The notes: generated from the letters alone by a model not told the origin. A stretch of 64,000 bases of DNA from Desulfarculia bacterium (GCA_963662445.1 OY759590.1:4232727-4296726), one strand, 5' to 3'. Positions 9,399 through 18,659 are shown, numbered from the stretch's first letter. Made by a program: numbers and translations.

Positions 9399-9848
9399 AT
9401 GGCAAGCAACATTCATGACATTGACATCCGACGCTTCAACATCACACCAGAAAACAGCCTTGAAATCGAACTGGGGGCGGAGAACCTTGATTGTCACGAA
9501 AAGGGACTCGTGCGGCGACTCCAGAACAACACGCGTATGGCCTTGGGCGCGATAGACGCAATCAGGGCCATGCTGGTTTCTCCCGAGGATTCCGGGCCGT
9601 TTTATGACACCTACAAACATCTTGGACGGCTGATTATCAAGGACTATGAGTCCATTGACGAACTGATGAGCGGCCCCGCTGTATGGCTGGAGAAGGTGCG
9701 AGAGGCCATGCACGAGGAAATCGACCGGGACTTTCAGAAGATTATCCAGATAGCCGGGCAGTTCTCCAACGAAGCGGCGGGGGGCTGTCCTTCCGGGGAA
9801 TTCGTCACCCCCGATTCCGAAGCGCCGGAGGTGACTCATGTTTCGTGA
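9399..9848 (+). CDS. Hypothetical protein
   Basis: 149-aa ORF with GGAGG 7 nt upstream of the ATG. Preferred over the antisense ORF 9255-9866. Confidence 0.55.
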   Translation: MASNIHDIDIRRFNITPENSLEIELGAENLDCHEKGLVRRLQNNTRMALGAIDAIRAMLVSPEDSGPFYDTYKHLGRLIIKDYESIDELMSGPAVWLEKVREAMHEEIDRDFQKIIQIAGQFSNEAAGGCPSGEFVTPDSEAPEVTHVS

Positions 9849-10215
9849 CCCCTGGACCAACGGCAATCATCTGATCGTGGCCCCCGTTGACGCGTTTGTT
9901 TTTCTACTGGAACCCTTGAAGTGCCTCATCGGACTGCGCGACAATGACGCCGGAGATGAACCTGAACACCATCTCGGGACAGTTACGGCGGTCCTTGTCC
10001 GGAGGCTGGAGAAGGAACTCATGGAACTGGCCACGGGACTGATAGAAAACGCCCCCGTTGAAATCTGCCTGCGGTCCGAGGGGGTTTTATATTCCGTCCG
10101 GGGCGTCCGGCCGAAGTCCCCTGCTTCCGAAACGCCTGAGACCCGTGGGTCTCAAATCCCCCAAACAGGGTCCCCGGAATTCCCCGCGCCTAAAGCAGCG
10201 GAGGTGGCCCCATGA
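9838..10215 (+). CDS. Hypothetical protein
   Basis: 125-aa ORF overlapping the upstream gene by 11 nt and the downstream gene by 4 nt. Confidence 0.5.
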   Translation: MFRDPWTNGNHLIVAPVDAFVFLLEPLKCLIGLRDNDAGDEPEHHLGTVTAVLVRRLEKELMELATGLIENAPVEICLRSEGVLYSVRGVRPKSPASETPETRGSQIPQTGSPEFPAPKAAEVAP

Positions 10216-10505
10216 CTGAGACCGCGAAAAAACTCGAAGAACGGGCCTTCCCGGCCCGGAAAGCCTGGAACTGGACCGACCCGGAGGCACCAAACCCCGA
10301 TTACTGTTACCTCTACAACCCGTATAAGAGCGGGGCGAATTGTCTGGAGGGGTTGGTTCAATGCCGGAAGTTTCTTGCCATAATACGGAACATCGACCCG
10401 GAAGGCTACGCGGCTGACGATGAGTTGATGGAAGGTGTCCAGTTCCTTCTGGACCACGTCCGGGATACCTTGGAGCATATCGGCAAGGCGATTCGGTCTC
10501 ATTAG
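10212..10505 (+). CDS. Hypothetical protein
   Basis: 97-aa ORF, 4-nt overlap with the previous gene; last gene of the element. Confidence 0.5.
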   Translation: MTETAKKLEERAFPARKAWNWTDPEAPNPDYCYLYNPYKSGANCLEGLVQCRKFLAIIRNIDPEGYAADDELMEGVQFLLDHVRDTLEHIGKAIRSH

Positions 10506-10615
10506 TCGCCACAGGGGGGCCGGGCCAGTCCCGGCCCCGATATGAGTGTTACCGTGGTAACACTTTCGCCCCCCCCTCCTCGCCCCTTGAAACCAGCCCG
10601 AAAATTTTTCCAATT

Positions 10616-10634
10616 GCGTACTATATGCTTACTA
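10616..10634 (+). promoter_or_regulatory. 19-mer gcgtactatatgcttacta, copy 3 (right end of the element)
   Basis: Exact copy of 443-461. The flanking ccaatt is also shared with copy 1. Confidence 0.45.
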
Positions 10635-10640
10635 AAATCA

Positions 10641-10680
10641 AAAAGGGGTTAGGCCATATCGGCTTAACCCCTTGAAATTA
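10641..10680 (-). terminator. Rho-independent terminator (minus-strand sense) 3' of the right tRNA-Thr fragment
   Basis: aaggggttaggcc/ggcttaacccctt stem. The minus-strand read is followed by TTTTGATTTT. Confidence 0.55.
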
Positions 10681-10728
10681 CTGGAGCCGGCGATGGGATT
10701 TGAACCCGCGACCTGCTGATTACGAATC
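10665..10728. repeat. 64-bp direct repeat, right copy (attR-like)
   Basis: Identical to 262-325. Confidence 0.85.
10682..10728 (-). tRNA. tRNA-Thr(CGU)-like 3' half, second copy; 5' half absent here too
   Basis: Same 47 nt as 279-325. The adjacent ggaacctcttgg plus block A' cannot form the acceptor, D-arm or anticodon stem. Confidence 0.6.
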
Positions 10729-10740
10729 GGAACCTCTTGG

Positions 10741-10865
10741 TTTCACAACCTCCTCATATTGTTTTAACTATTTGATTTAATGCATTTAATTAATTCTCTA
10801 CTTTTTCATGTTTTGGCCGTTTTTTGCCAATTTTGTAAAAAAGTCTCACACAACTCTCACACAGA
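10741..10865. repeat. Block A', second copy of the 125-bp block A
   Basis: Aligns with 110-234 apart from one ~15-nt variable patch and a g/a difference. Confidence 0.85.
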
Positions 10866-10879
10866 AAAGGGGGGAGAAC

Positions 10880-11623
10880 ATGGCTTTGACGGGGCTTGCT
10901 CAAGGGTGGGCCAACGGATCTTTTCCAAGGTCTTGGATGGCCATAGTTTGTATTTCCATTGCCGTCGTCCTTGTCCACAATATGGGAGCAACTCCTATGC
11001 TTGGCTCAGCCGATGAACCCAGGACGACCATCAGACAGGCCTTTGCTCTGAACAACCTTTTACCATTTGAAATAGGGCTCCCGAGTCTCCCTTGGCCGGG
11101 TGGTATTGAGGAGCCTCAATGCCCCACCAAACGAAGCAGCGCGCCTCTTCCGTCTATCAGCCAAAGGGTTACTCTGCCACCGGAGTTTCAATGCACCTAT
11201 GAAACTAGATTTAATGACCTTGATCTACTGATTAAGGCAGCCACCGATGCATATCAACTCGACCCTGAATTGATCAGAGCCGTTATCCGAGTCGAGTCCA
11301 ATTTCGATCCCGATGCCGTGTCGCCTGCCGGCGCCATGGGGCTGATGCAGCTAATGCCGCAAACCGCCAGGGAGGTGGGTGTCAAGAATCCTTTTGATCT
11401 CACGGAAAACGTCTTTGGCGGAGCCCGATACCTGAGGCTGATGATGGACCGCTACTCCGGCGATCTCGAGAAAGCTCTGGCAGCCTACAACTGGGGGCCG
11501 GCGAACTTGGATCGGTCGAGGGGTTGGTTGCCTGAGGAGACGAAGCGGTATGTGAACATGGTTCAGGCTTTTCACCGCTTTTATTCCGAAAAGGAGGCTT
11601 CAATCCCCGCGGACGAGCAATGA
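10880..11623 (+). CDS. Lytic transglycosylase (SLT domain) with N-terminal TM/signal segment
   Basis: Start moved to the ATG at 10880 (gggggag RBS). Has ESNFDPDAVSPAGAMGLMQLMPQTA and AAYNWGPANL. Confidence 0.8.
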   Translation: MALTGLAQGWANGSFPRSWMAIVCISIAVVLVHNMGATPMLGSADEPRTTIRQAFALNNLLPFEIGLPSLPWPGGIEEPQCPTKRSSAPLPSISQRVTLPPEFQCTYETRFNDLDLLIKAATDAYQLDPELIRAVIRVESNFDPDAVSPAGAMGLMQLMPQTAREVGVKNPFDLTENVFGGARYLRLMMDRYSGDLEKALAAYNWGPANLDRSRGWLPEETKRYVNMVQAFHRFYSEKEASIPADEQ

Positions 11624-11804
11624 GCCCGAGGTTGTCCTGCGCTGCTATCCCCAGATTAGAACCAAAATTATTTGCACAAAACGACTCTATACCGGCATGC
11701 GTTTGAATCAGTTGGCGAATTTAATCTTAGAGTCTGGCCGCTGGGCTCCGGAATACGCATCGTGGTGCCAGCCTTCACAATTCTTTACTCCAATAGGTTT
11801 GCCT

Positions 11805-14800
11805 CTACTCCTCTTCGAACCCAAAAGAGTCGAAGCGCAAGGTGCGGCAGTTTTCGGTGACATCGCGGATGGTCTTCTCGGTGGCCCCGTCCGGCATTTC
11901 GGCCCGGATTTCCAGGGTCACCTCGACGTTGGCCCCGATATACTTCGACAGGTGTTGGATGACCTCGTCGGCAATTCGGCTGGCGTCACGTCCGACCCGG
12001 AGTGAATCGAGTTGCACCGATCCATGGAAACGCCGATACGTGGGGGCGGGTGGGGGCGGTGTGCCTGTGTCCGCTCCACGCGTTGTTTCCGCCCCGGCCG
12101 CTTGACCCTGTTCCCCGGTCTGTTCGGTTTCCGCAACCGTCGCCGAACCGTTTCCGGCCTTTGCTTTCGCCGCTTCAACATCCCGGCGCTGCTGTTCGGC
12201 TGCCACGTCGGGCTTCACTACAATCGAGCCACCCTCGCTCTGAACAGCGGCAGAGCCGCCTCCCACGAGGCCTAAATAGCGGCCGTCGGCGTCCTTGGAC
12301 TGCGCGTAGGCGAACGTCTCAGACTGCCAGGTCAGCAGCGTGATCCCTTCCCGGATGGCGGCGATCAGTACGTCCGAGTCGCGAAGACGGGGAAGGTACA
12401 GGTACGTCGCGAAATCTTCGACAAGCTGCTTCACCAGCACGTCATTCCCGCGCCAGAGGGGTACCCGGTCCAGTTCAAGGCGTAGCCGAACTCCGCCCAT
12501 CTGGACGAGGAGCATCTCCTCACTTTTGAGCTTTTTGGAAGCGCGAAGCGCCAGCGAGTCTGACCCTTGCAAGCGAGTTTCCGTCCACTCGGGCGATCCC
12601 TTGGGATCTGGCTGGTTCGGAACGAGCAGCCACTGATAGGCCTCGGGAATGCGGACGTTCGCCGTATCGTCGGCGTTTTTGCGTTTCGTGTCTGCCTGCT
12701 TGGATTGGAACGGATCGAGATTGAGCTGCTCCCGCTCGTCCCAGATGGACTTCCAGGACATGAATTGCCGGATGGCGGTCTGAAGGTCTTTGAGCCGACT
12801 CGCATCGCTCGCCAGGAACACCAAGGTGTTCTTGTACGACCGGGGGCTGCTACCACGACTGTCCAAGATAGCCTGCGCCTCCTTCCGCGCGGTGCTGTCT
12901 GCCTGGCCTTTGCTGTGCGGATGCTCCGGACCGAGGACCACCAGCCGCGCCTCGTGCTCGTCCGGGATATCGCTGCTGCTCAGACAGGCATGCACGCGGT
13001 GGAAATCGCCACGGCTGCGCGCCTCATCCCTCAGGCGGCGTACGATCTCGTCCATGACATCGTGTTCGTGGAGCTGGTTCGCACGGTCCTCCGCAAGACG
13101 TGTGACCGTGGGCTGGGTCGAGTACCAATAGCGGCTGCCGTCCACATACAAATAGGTCGCCCGATCCGTAAGTCGGCGGATGGCGTCGCCGAAGGTAGCC
13201 ACGGTTTCGCCGGGCTGAACGCAACCCAACTTCACCTGGCGGTCGTCGATACCCCGGTTGGCGGCCCGTTGGGTCGGGGCCGATCCGACATAGATGGTGC
13301 GCGCCACGCGGCGGCAAGCGGAGTAGCGGCCCAAGTTCGGCGCATCCCGGTCGAGCCTGAGCGGCAGGGAATGCTCCCCGTCCACATCCTTGGCGATGAC
13401 AGGGGTCCATTGGTCGTCAAGGTAGCGGGTTAACTCGAACTGCACCGCGGAGTCGTCGATGGGGATGGTGGCGGGCATGATCAGCAGGTTGCCGTCCTGT
13501 CTTTCCCATAGGGAATGGATCACCGCCGCCATCAGGCGCAACACGCCGCGCGTGCGTTGAAATTTGTCGAGCGTGGACCAGTCGTTGTAGAGCCGGTCGA
13601 AGAGTTCCGGGTGGATCGGGTAGGCCAGTTTGATGCGACGTTCGTACTCGGCCTCTCGACACTCGGATGGAAATTCGCTGTGTTGCGTTCCGTACATCTC
13701 CACAAAGGCTCGCGCCACGGCGTCGCGCGCCACGAAGGCCTGCTTCTCATGCAGTGGCTCAAATAGCCGACGGCGCACGATCTCGAACCCCTCGTCCGGG
13801 CTGGCCGGGCGCCAGCTCGATTCCACGCGGCCGATGGCGTTCTTGAGTCGGGACAAGGCACGTTGGCCCCATTCACCGCCGATCTCGTTATCGGATGCTG
13901 GAATGCTGACCACCAGCAAGGTGTTCTTGGCCGCCTTGGCCGCCTCGCTCAGTGCCTGGGCGAAGGTGAACTGGGTGTCGAAGGTGCCGGCGGGAAGCAC
14001 GCTGCCTTCGTGAAGTTGCCGCGCGTAGGCTACCCACTCGTCGATCAGAACAAGGCAGGGCGAGAACTTGTTGAACAGCTCCTTCATCTTGTCGCCGGGG
14101 TTGGTGGCCTTCTCGTCGTCGGCGCGGATCATCTCATAACCGGTTTTGCCTCCCAGTTGCCAAGCGATTTCGCCCCAGATCGTGCGGATGACGGTCCCGT
14201 CGTCCTTCGTGCTCGGGTTGCCGGGCGACACCTTGGTGCCGACTACAATGGCGCGATTAACCGTCGATGCCACCTCACATCCGGCTTCTTTCAGGACCTG
14301 CTCAGTACCGGGAAGTTCGGTCGTTGGTGTGCCGGAAAAGAGATGAAAAAGCGCCAGCATGCTGTGCGTTTTCCCGCCGCCGAAGTTCGTCTGCAACTCG
14401 ACCACCGGGTCGCCGCCCTGCCCGCCGATGCGGCGTACGCCGTTGCTGAGGAGCTTCTGCAGTCCCTCGGTGATGAAGGTGCGCCGGAAGAACTCGGTGG
14501 GGTCCTGGTACTCGGATGCCGCCTCGCCCAGGTACACCTGCCACAGATCGGCCGCGAACTCGGCCTGCTGGTATTTGCCGCTGGCCACGTCCCGGTGCGG
14601 GGTGACGACTTCGCGCCAGGGCTTGAGGCCGCTCTGCGGGTTGCCCTCGGTGGGGGCCACGGCGTGCTTGCGCATCTCGCCTCGGCGCTGCTCATCGAAT
14701 CGCACGCGCAACAGCGCCATCTTCTGCTCTTCCAGTTCCTTTGCCTCGGGGGCCGAGATGGCGGTAAGCAGACGGCCGATGCTATCCAGCGCCCGATAGG

Positions 14801-15131
14801 CGTCGTCGCTGTTGAAGGGCGTCTGGTGCGCCCAGCGGTTGCGCACGTCCCGTAATTCGCTGACCAACGAGCGTTCGGCGAATCCCAGCGTATTGCGGAA
14901 AACGGCATTCCATTGATCCCACATGATGGTCAGTAGGTTGTGGGTGTCCCAGTTGAGCTCCCCCGTCCTGGCCGACTTCACGCCGCCGCGATCCTCCCGG
15001 AGCGTCTGCGCCACAATCTCCTGCCATTGTTCTCCATGGACGGCCCGGAGTTCCCGTTCCACAAAGGGGCGCAACCCCCTATTGAGCAGTTCGAGCGCTT
15101 CTCCAACCCTACTGTGATTACTTTTCGCCAT
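11805..15131 (-). CDS. Swt1-like HEPN domain fused to a DUF499-type (BrxC/PglY-like) ATPase
   Basis: N-terminal LRDVRNRWAHQ (HEPN Rx4H). Walker A-like NFGGGKTHSML and Walker B LVLIDEWVAY. 1108 aa; last gene of the operon. Confidence 0.8.
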   Translation of the reverse strand: MAKSNHSRVGEALELLNRGLRPFVERELRAVHGEQWQEIVAQTLREDRGGVKSARTGELNWDTHNLLTIMWDQWNAVFRNTLGFAERSLVSELRDVRNRWAHQTPFNSDDAYRALDSIGRLLTAISAPEAKELEEQKMALLRVRFDEQRRGEMRKHAVAPTEGNPQSGLKPWREVVTPHRDVASGKYQQAEFAADLWQVYLGEAASEYQDPTEFFRRTFITEGLQKLLSNGVRRIGGQGGDPVVELQTNFGGGKTHSMLALFHLFSGTPTTELPGTEQVLKEAGCEVASTVNRAIVVGTKVSPGNPSTKDDGTVIRTIWGEIAWQLGGKTGYEMIRADDEKATNPGDKMKELFNKFSPCLVLIDEWVAYARQLHEGSVLPAGTFDTQFTFAQALSEAAKAAKNTLLVVSIPASDNEIGGEWGQRALSRLKNAIGRVESSWRPASPDEGFEIVRRRLFEPLHEKQAFVARDAVARAFVEMYGTQHSEFPSECREAEYERRIKLAYPIHPELFDRLYNDWSTLDKFQRTRGVLRLMAAVIHSLWERQDGNLLIMPATIPIDDSAVQFELTRYLDDQWTPVIAKDVDGEHSLPLRLDRDAPNLGRYSACRRVARTIYVGSAPTQRAANRGIDDRQVKLGCVQPGETVATFGDAIRRLTDRATYLYVDGSRYWYSTQPTVTRLAEDRANQLHEHDVMDEIVRRLRDEARSRGDFHRVHACLSSSDIPDEHEARLVVLGPEHPHSKGQADSTARKEAQAILDSRGSSPRSYKNTLVFLASDASRLKDLQTAIRQFMSWKSIWDEREQLNLDPFQSKQADTKRKNADDTANVRIPEAYQWLLVPNQPDPKGSPEWTETRLQGSDSLALRASKKLKSEEMLLVQMGGVRLRLELDRVPLWRGNDVLVKQLVEDFATYLYLPRLRDSDVLIAAIREGITLLTWQSETFAYAQSKDADGRYLGLVGGGSAAVQSEGGSIVVKPDVAAEQQRRDVEAAKAKAGNGSATVAETEQTGEQGQAAGAETTRGADTGTPPPPAPTYRRFHGSVQLDSLRVGRDASRIADEVIQHLSKYIGANVEVTLEIRAEMPDGATEKTIRDVTENCRTLRFDSFGFEEE

Positions 15132-15159
15132 GGTATGCCCTCATCAGTATGTATTTATC

Positions 15160-18009
15160 CTAATCGAACAGTTCCCCATTTTCTTCACGCGGGCCGGCTT
15201 GGGCCAGTCTGGTCAGTTCCGGCCAGGCCAGCACGAGGCTGTTGTAGGCCAGGGCTTCATTGGCGCGTTTGCGGCGTTCGCAGATGCCGTAAAGCCGGTA
15301 GGCCAGTTCCCGGGCCGACTCCGCTTTGCCGCCCAATTTGGCCACCAGTTTCGCCGCCTCTGATTCGCCGCCAGTGTCCAAGACCCGGACTAAGTAATGG
15401 ACCATCTCCCACACGGTCGCACGTTTATCTGTTAAGGGGTCCCAATCCTTCTGCAATTCATCCACCCGCAGAAGACGTGTTTTGCCGCCCCCTGCTTTGA
15501 CGATACCGGCTTCGGAAAGGGCATTCAGGGCGGTGTTCTTTGCTTTGGATAACGTTTCCGCGTCACCGAACGGTCCATCGTTGAATCCGAACTGCTCGAA
15601 CCAAGCTACGGCCCAGGCGGTTTCCGGATCGAAATCGCCTTCCTGTTCGGCTAGCGTTTCGTCCAGGGTCTGGTTAATCATTTGCAGGGCCGTCCGCACG
15701 GTCATGGGCTTGTCATCGGCCTCCAGAATCCTGCTGTAACGGGAAAAAACTGCCATCCCCGGACCGATGCTCGCTTGAGCTAGGTCTACCGGAGCGATAT
15801 TTCCCTGCTGAAGGTGCCGCAGGGCCGGCGGCAGTTCCCGGCGCAGCGCGGCGAGGAACTCTTTCCTTGTAGCCATCGGCGCGCCAGCGGGGCGCGGCCG
15901 ACAGACAAGGATGATGCTGGAGGCAAGGATGTTTGTTCTTGCGGTGATTTTACCAGGTCTCTCGGTTCGCATTGGCCATGTTCCAGTCAAACTGAAACCT
16001 GCGGTTAAGACGGCATTGAGGAATGTTTCCCATCCAGTTGATGCAATGCCGGCTTCCTCCGATTCCGCCTGCTTGAATGCGTAATAAATGGTGACTGGAA
16101 ATAAGGGATGGGTGCGCACCGCGATTAGGGAGATCGCCTTGGTCATACCCGAGAGGAAGAATTCTTCCGCCTTATCCTTTGAACCGTGTCGATAGGTTGT
16201 CGCTACAAGTTCCTCTACTTTAGGAACAAGCAGTGTAGAAAACAAGTCGGGGAATATCGACTTTAAAGCTGGTCGCAACCATACATAAAAAAAATCGGAG
16301 AGATCGGCATAACCAATGTTGTCATAGTATGGAGGATCAGTTGAAACTATTACGTTTTTCGGTTCTGCTATCTGTGCAGCATCCGCCTGCATTCCATTTC
16401 CCCTACCACGGCTGGGAAACGATTTACATGCGCCTTCCACCCAAGATAGCATTGAAAGCCAAGCGCCTGTGGATTCGGAGAATGCATTGCATTCACAATA
16501 GTCCCAAACCATTGGGATGGCCTGACGGCCAAATGTTGAGCGGATGAATTCACCACCGGGCACCCATGTGCTGATGGAACTCCAATAGTCGCAACTACGA
16601 TCCACCGCAAACGCCAAATACACACTGATCGCCTCGGCGTAAGCGTGGAAGCCGGCCCCACCGTCCCGCAGAGGGCGGTGGTCATCGTTCGAAATGTCCA
16701 ACGTTCCCCCAATATCACGCCGAATCTGCACCCGCGCCTCGGCCACCAGATCGGAAAACGTCGTCAACGCCACCAACTGACGAGGGGTGAAAAGCGAACC
16801 CCAAGTTGTCAATCCGTACCCGTAACATGTTCCACCTGTTAGGCGCGATGGAACCTCTCCCTCAGGCTTCCATCCCGGCCTCGCTCGCATGATGATCCCT
16901 TCGTGTTCGTCGGTGGGCGGTAGATAAACACGTCCCCGGTCGCCCTCGCAAACGATGGCCATGAGCCGTGCACCCATACGTCCGGCCTGCGCCTCTGAAC
17001 GGATATAATCCGGCAACAGCGGGGACTGGGAGAGGAGGCAGCGGAAGTTAGCGCCGCGCCCGAGTTTCGTGCCGGCCTCTACGGCAGCCTTGTCTCGCGG
17101 TTTTCCGGTCCTGACTTCGAACCGGTAATTCAGGCCGTCAATCACCGGTTCCAGCCAAACCTCTTTGCCCGCCTTGGTTGAGAGCGAGAATGACGAGACC
17201 AACGGCACATTGCACCCCCGATAGGCCGGGTTCGAGCTTTCTACCGTCCGAGCCCAAAGCCAGGCGATAACGGTTAGTTCTCGTCCGACATAGGGCTTCA
17301 GATCGGGCCTGCCCTTGGCCATCTCTGCCGTTACTTTGGCTTTGGGGTAGAGATGCCCGATGCGCTTTTCCGCCTCGTCGCGCATCCATTTGCCGTAGTA
17401 GCGTACATCCTCGGCCAGCCCCGCCGCGCCACTCCAACCCCTATTGAAGAGCCTCTTATCCCGGCGCGCCTCGGGGTTCACCGGCGGCCGTCCGGCGAAC
17501 CGCGGTGGAATCTCGATCATGGCCTTGTTGATCATCACAGCGACGGGATTCAGGTCGCTGGCGTGAGCTTCCAGCCCCAAACGCTGAGCCTCCATGGGAA
17601 GGGCTCCACCACCTGCAAATGGATCGTGAAATGGCGGCAGATTCTCTGGGTCTTCGCCCGACCCCTTGCACCAGCGCGCCCAGGAACGCCTGATCTCGGC
17701 CCGCGCTCGGTCGAGCACTTCTTCATTGGTGGTGTTCTCCCAGAGCACCAGTTCTTCAATCAGTCGGAAGAGCCGTTTACGTTCCCTCTCCTGAGCTTCC
17801 GGTGTGGGAAACTCCTCAGGCACCGATCCAGGATCGTCCACCATCTGGGCGAAAATGACGGCCCGGGCCGCCGCCAGCGGCCGCCGCGCCCACCATAGAT
17901 GGAGCGTGGAAGGATGCCCATGTCGGATCGATTTCTCCCTGGCTGACGCATGATTGATGGCTTCCAGCGGCAGCGCCACTTCGATTAGCTTTTTACGAGC
18001 AGTATTCAT
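15160..18009 (-). CDS. DUF1156-type DNA methyltransferase (N6-A/N4-C class, DPPY)
   Basis: Start moved to MNTARKKLIEVALPLEAIN (ATG 18009, ATGA overlap with the upstream stop). Has HLWWARRP, motif I DPFAGGGALP and motif IV STDPPYYDNIGY. Confidence 0.85.
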   Translation of the reverse strand: MNTARKKLIEVALPLEAINHASAREKSIRHGHPSTLHLWWARRPLAAARAVIFAQMVDDPGSVPEEFPTPEAQERERKRLFRLIEELVLWENTTNEEVLDRARAEIRRSWARWCKGSGEDPENLPPFHDPFAGGGALPMEAQRLGLEAHASDLNPVAVMINKAMIEIPPRFAGRPPVNPEARRDKRLFNRGWSGAAGLAEDVRYYGKWMRDEAEKRIGHLYPKAKVTAEMAKGRPDLKPYVGRELTVIAWLWARTVESSNPAYRGCNVPLVSSFSLSTKAGKEVWLEPVIDGLNYRFEVRTGKPRDKAAVEAGTKLGRGANFRCLLSQSPLLPDYIRSEAQAGRMGARLMAIVCEGDRGRVYLPPTDEHEGIIMRARPGWKPEGEVPSRLTGGTCYGYGLTTWGSLFTPRQLVALTTFSDLVAEARVQIRRDIGGTLDISNDDHRPLRDGGAGFHAYAEAISVYLAFAVDRSCDYWSSISTWVPGGEFIRSTFGRQAIPMVWDYCECNAFSESTGAWLSMLSWVEGACKSFPSRGRGNGMQADAAQIAEPKNVIVSTDPPYYDNIGYADLSDFFYVWLRPALKSIFPDLFSTLLVPKVEELVATTYRHGSKDKAEEFFLSGMTKAISLIAVRTHPLFPVTIYYAFKQAESEEAGIASTGWETFLNAVLTAGFSLTGTWPMRTERPGKITARTNILASSIILVCRPRPAGAPMATRKEFLAALRRELPPALRHLQQGNIAPVDLAQASIGPGMAVFSRYSRILEADDKPMTVRTALQMINQTLDETLAEQEGDFDPETAWAVAWFEQFGFNDGPFGDAETLSKAKNTALNALSEAGIVKAGGGKTRLLRVDELQKDWDPLTDKRATVWEMVHYLVRVLDTGGESEAAKLVAKLGGKAESARELAYRLYGICERRKRANEALAYNSLVLAWPELTRLAQAGPREENGELFD

Positions 18010-18659
18010 TGGTCCAGTATCTTCCTTGACAGTGACGTGAATTGTCGCAATCTGTTTTGCGGATCGGGATTCAAGTAGTATATGATCGCCCATTCGATCA
18101 AAGCAGGTTCGGGATTGTCCCCAAGCGTGTCGATTAACTGCCGAGCATGGGTGCATCGCCTTCCGGTCAGGCGGGCGCATTTCAGACCCAGGTAACCGAT
18201 AGTATAATCTGCTTTCAGAGCGTCTTCTCCATCAATCCCATCCGCCGGTTGGACCGTGCCATTTGGCAGGTACTGAAACAGGCGCGCGGTGTCAGGATCA
18301 TGAGGCGGGCAAAACAGCGTTGGGTTATATCGATAACCGGGATTGTGATGCCTGTCGTCCTTGAACCGTCCGCAATGCTCAACAGCGCCGCCGTTACACG
18401 ATGATGCTAGGTTGGCGTAGGCGTAGATCGGGCCGGACGGCAGGCCATGACCTGGATTTCGCGGTGCCATGTGCTCGATGTGGCTGTCGTCGGCCGTGAT
18501 TTCGACTTCACAGTAACAACAGACATAGTGCTGTTCCTCGCGCAGGGAGTCGCCCACCTGCTGATGGCAGGTCGTGCTCATAAAAGCACCCCAGTCTTGC
18601 GCCTGCGGTTGTTGAGCAAGGCAGGCCGGCGGATTTGGATTGCGGGTGATCGTCCTCAT
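18006..18659 (-). CDS. ptuB: HNH endonuclease-like protein, Septu PtuB-like (TIGR02646-like)
   Basis: CCYCEVEITADDSHIEHMAPRN HNH motif, ~217 aa, directly downstream of and overlapping an AAA_15-type ATPase. Confidence 0.65.
   Translation of the reverse strand: MRTITRNPNPPACLAQQPQAQDWGAFMSTTCHQQVGDSLREEQHYVCCYCEVEITADDSHIEHMAPRNPGHGLPSGPIYAYANLASSCNGGAVEHCGRFKDDRHHNPGYRYNPTLFCPPHDPDTARLFQYLPNGTVQPADGIDGEDALKADYTIGYLGLKCARLTGRRCTHARQLIDTLGDNPEPALIEWAIIYYLNPDPQNRLRQFTSLSRKILDQ

Larger units (their letters stand above)
262..10728 (+). mobile_element. ~10.4 kb tRNA-targeting integrative element (integrase, Xis-like, tape-measure-like, DnaB, unknowns)
   Basis: Bounded by identical 64-bp direct repeats containing a tRNA 3' half. 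The integrase is next to the left repeat. A repeated 19-mer lies near both ends. Confidence 0.75.

Noticed and set aside
9255-9866. Minus-strand 203-aa ORF across 9399-9848
   Set aside because: The plus-strand ORF has a GGAGG RBS, follows a good promoter and is coupled to the next two plus-strand genes. The minus-strand ORF has no such support.
12567-14855. Long plus-strand ORFs (12567-13433, 288 aa; 13863-14855, 330 aa; and many others) antisense to the DUF499 gene. Similar antisense ORFs run throughout 15-32 kb and 49-64 kb.
   Set aside because: They are shadow ORFs typical of GC-rich coding DNA. Their composition is Arg/Gly/Ala/Pro-rich and low in complexity, they have no motifs, and they are fully overlapped by minus-strand genes with clear catalytic motifs.
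15160-18180. The long version of the methyltransferase ORF starting at 18180 (57 extra N-terminal residues overlapping the HNH gene by 175 nt)
   Set aside because: The DUF1156-type N-terminus begins at MNTARKKLIEVALP. The ATG at 18009 forms an ATGA overlap with the upstream stop, matching the pattern of the whole operon.
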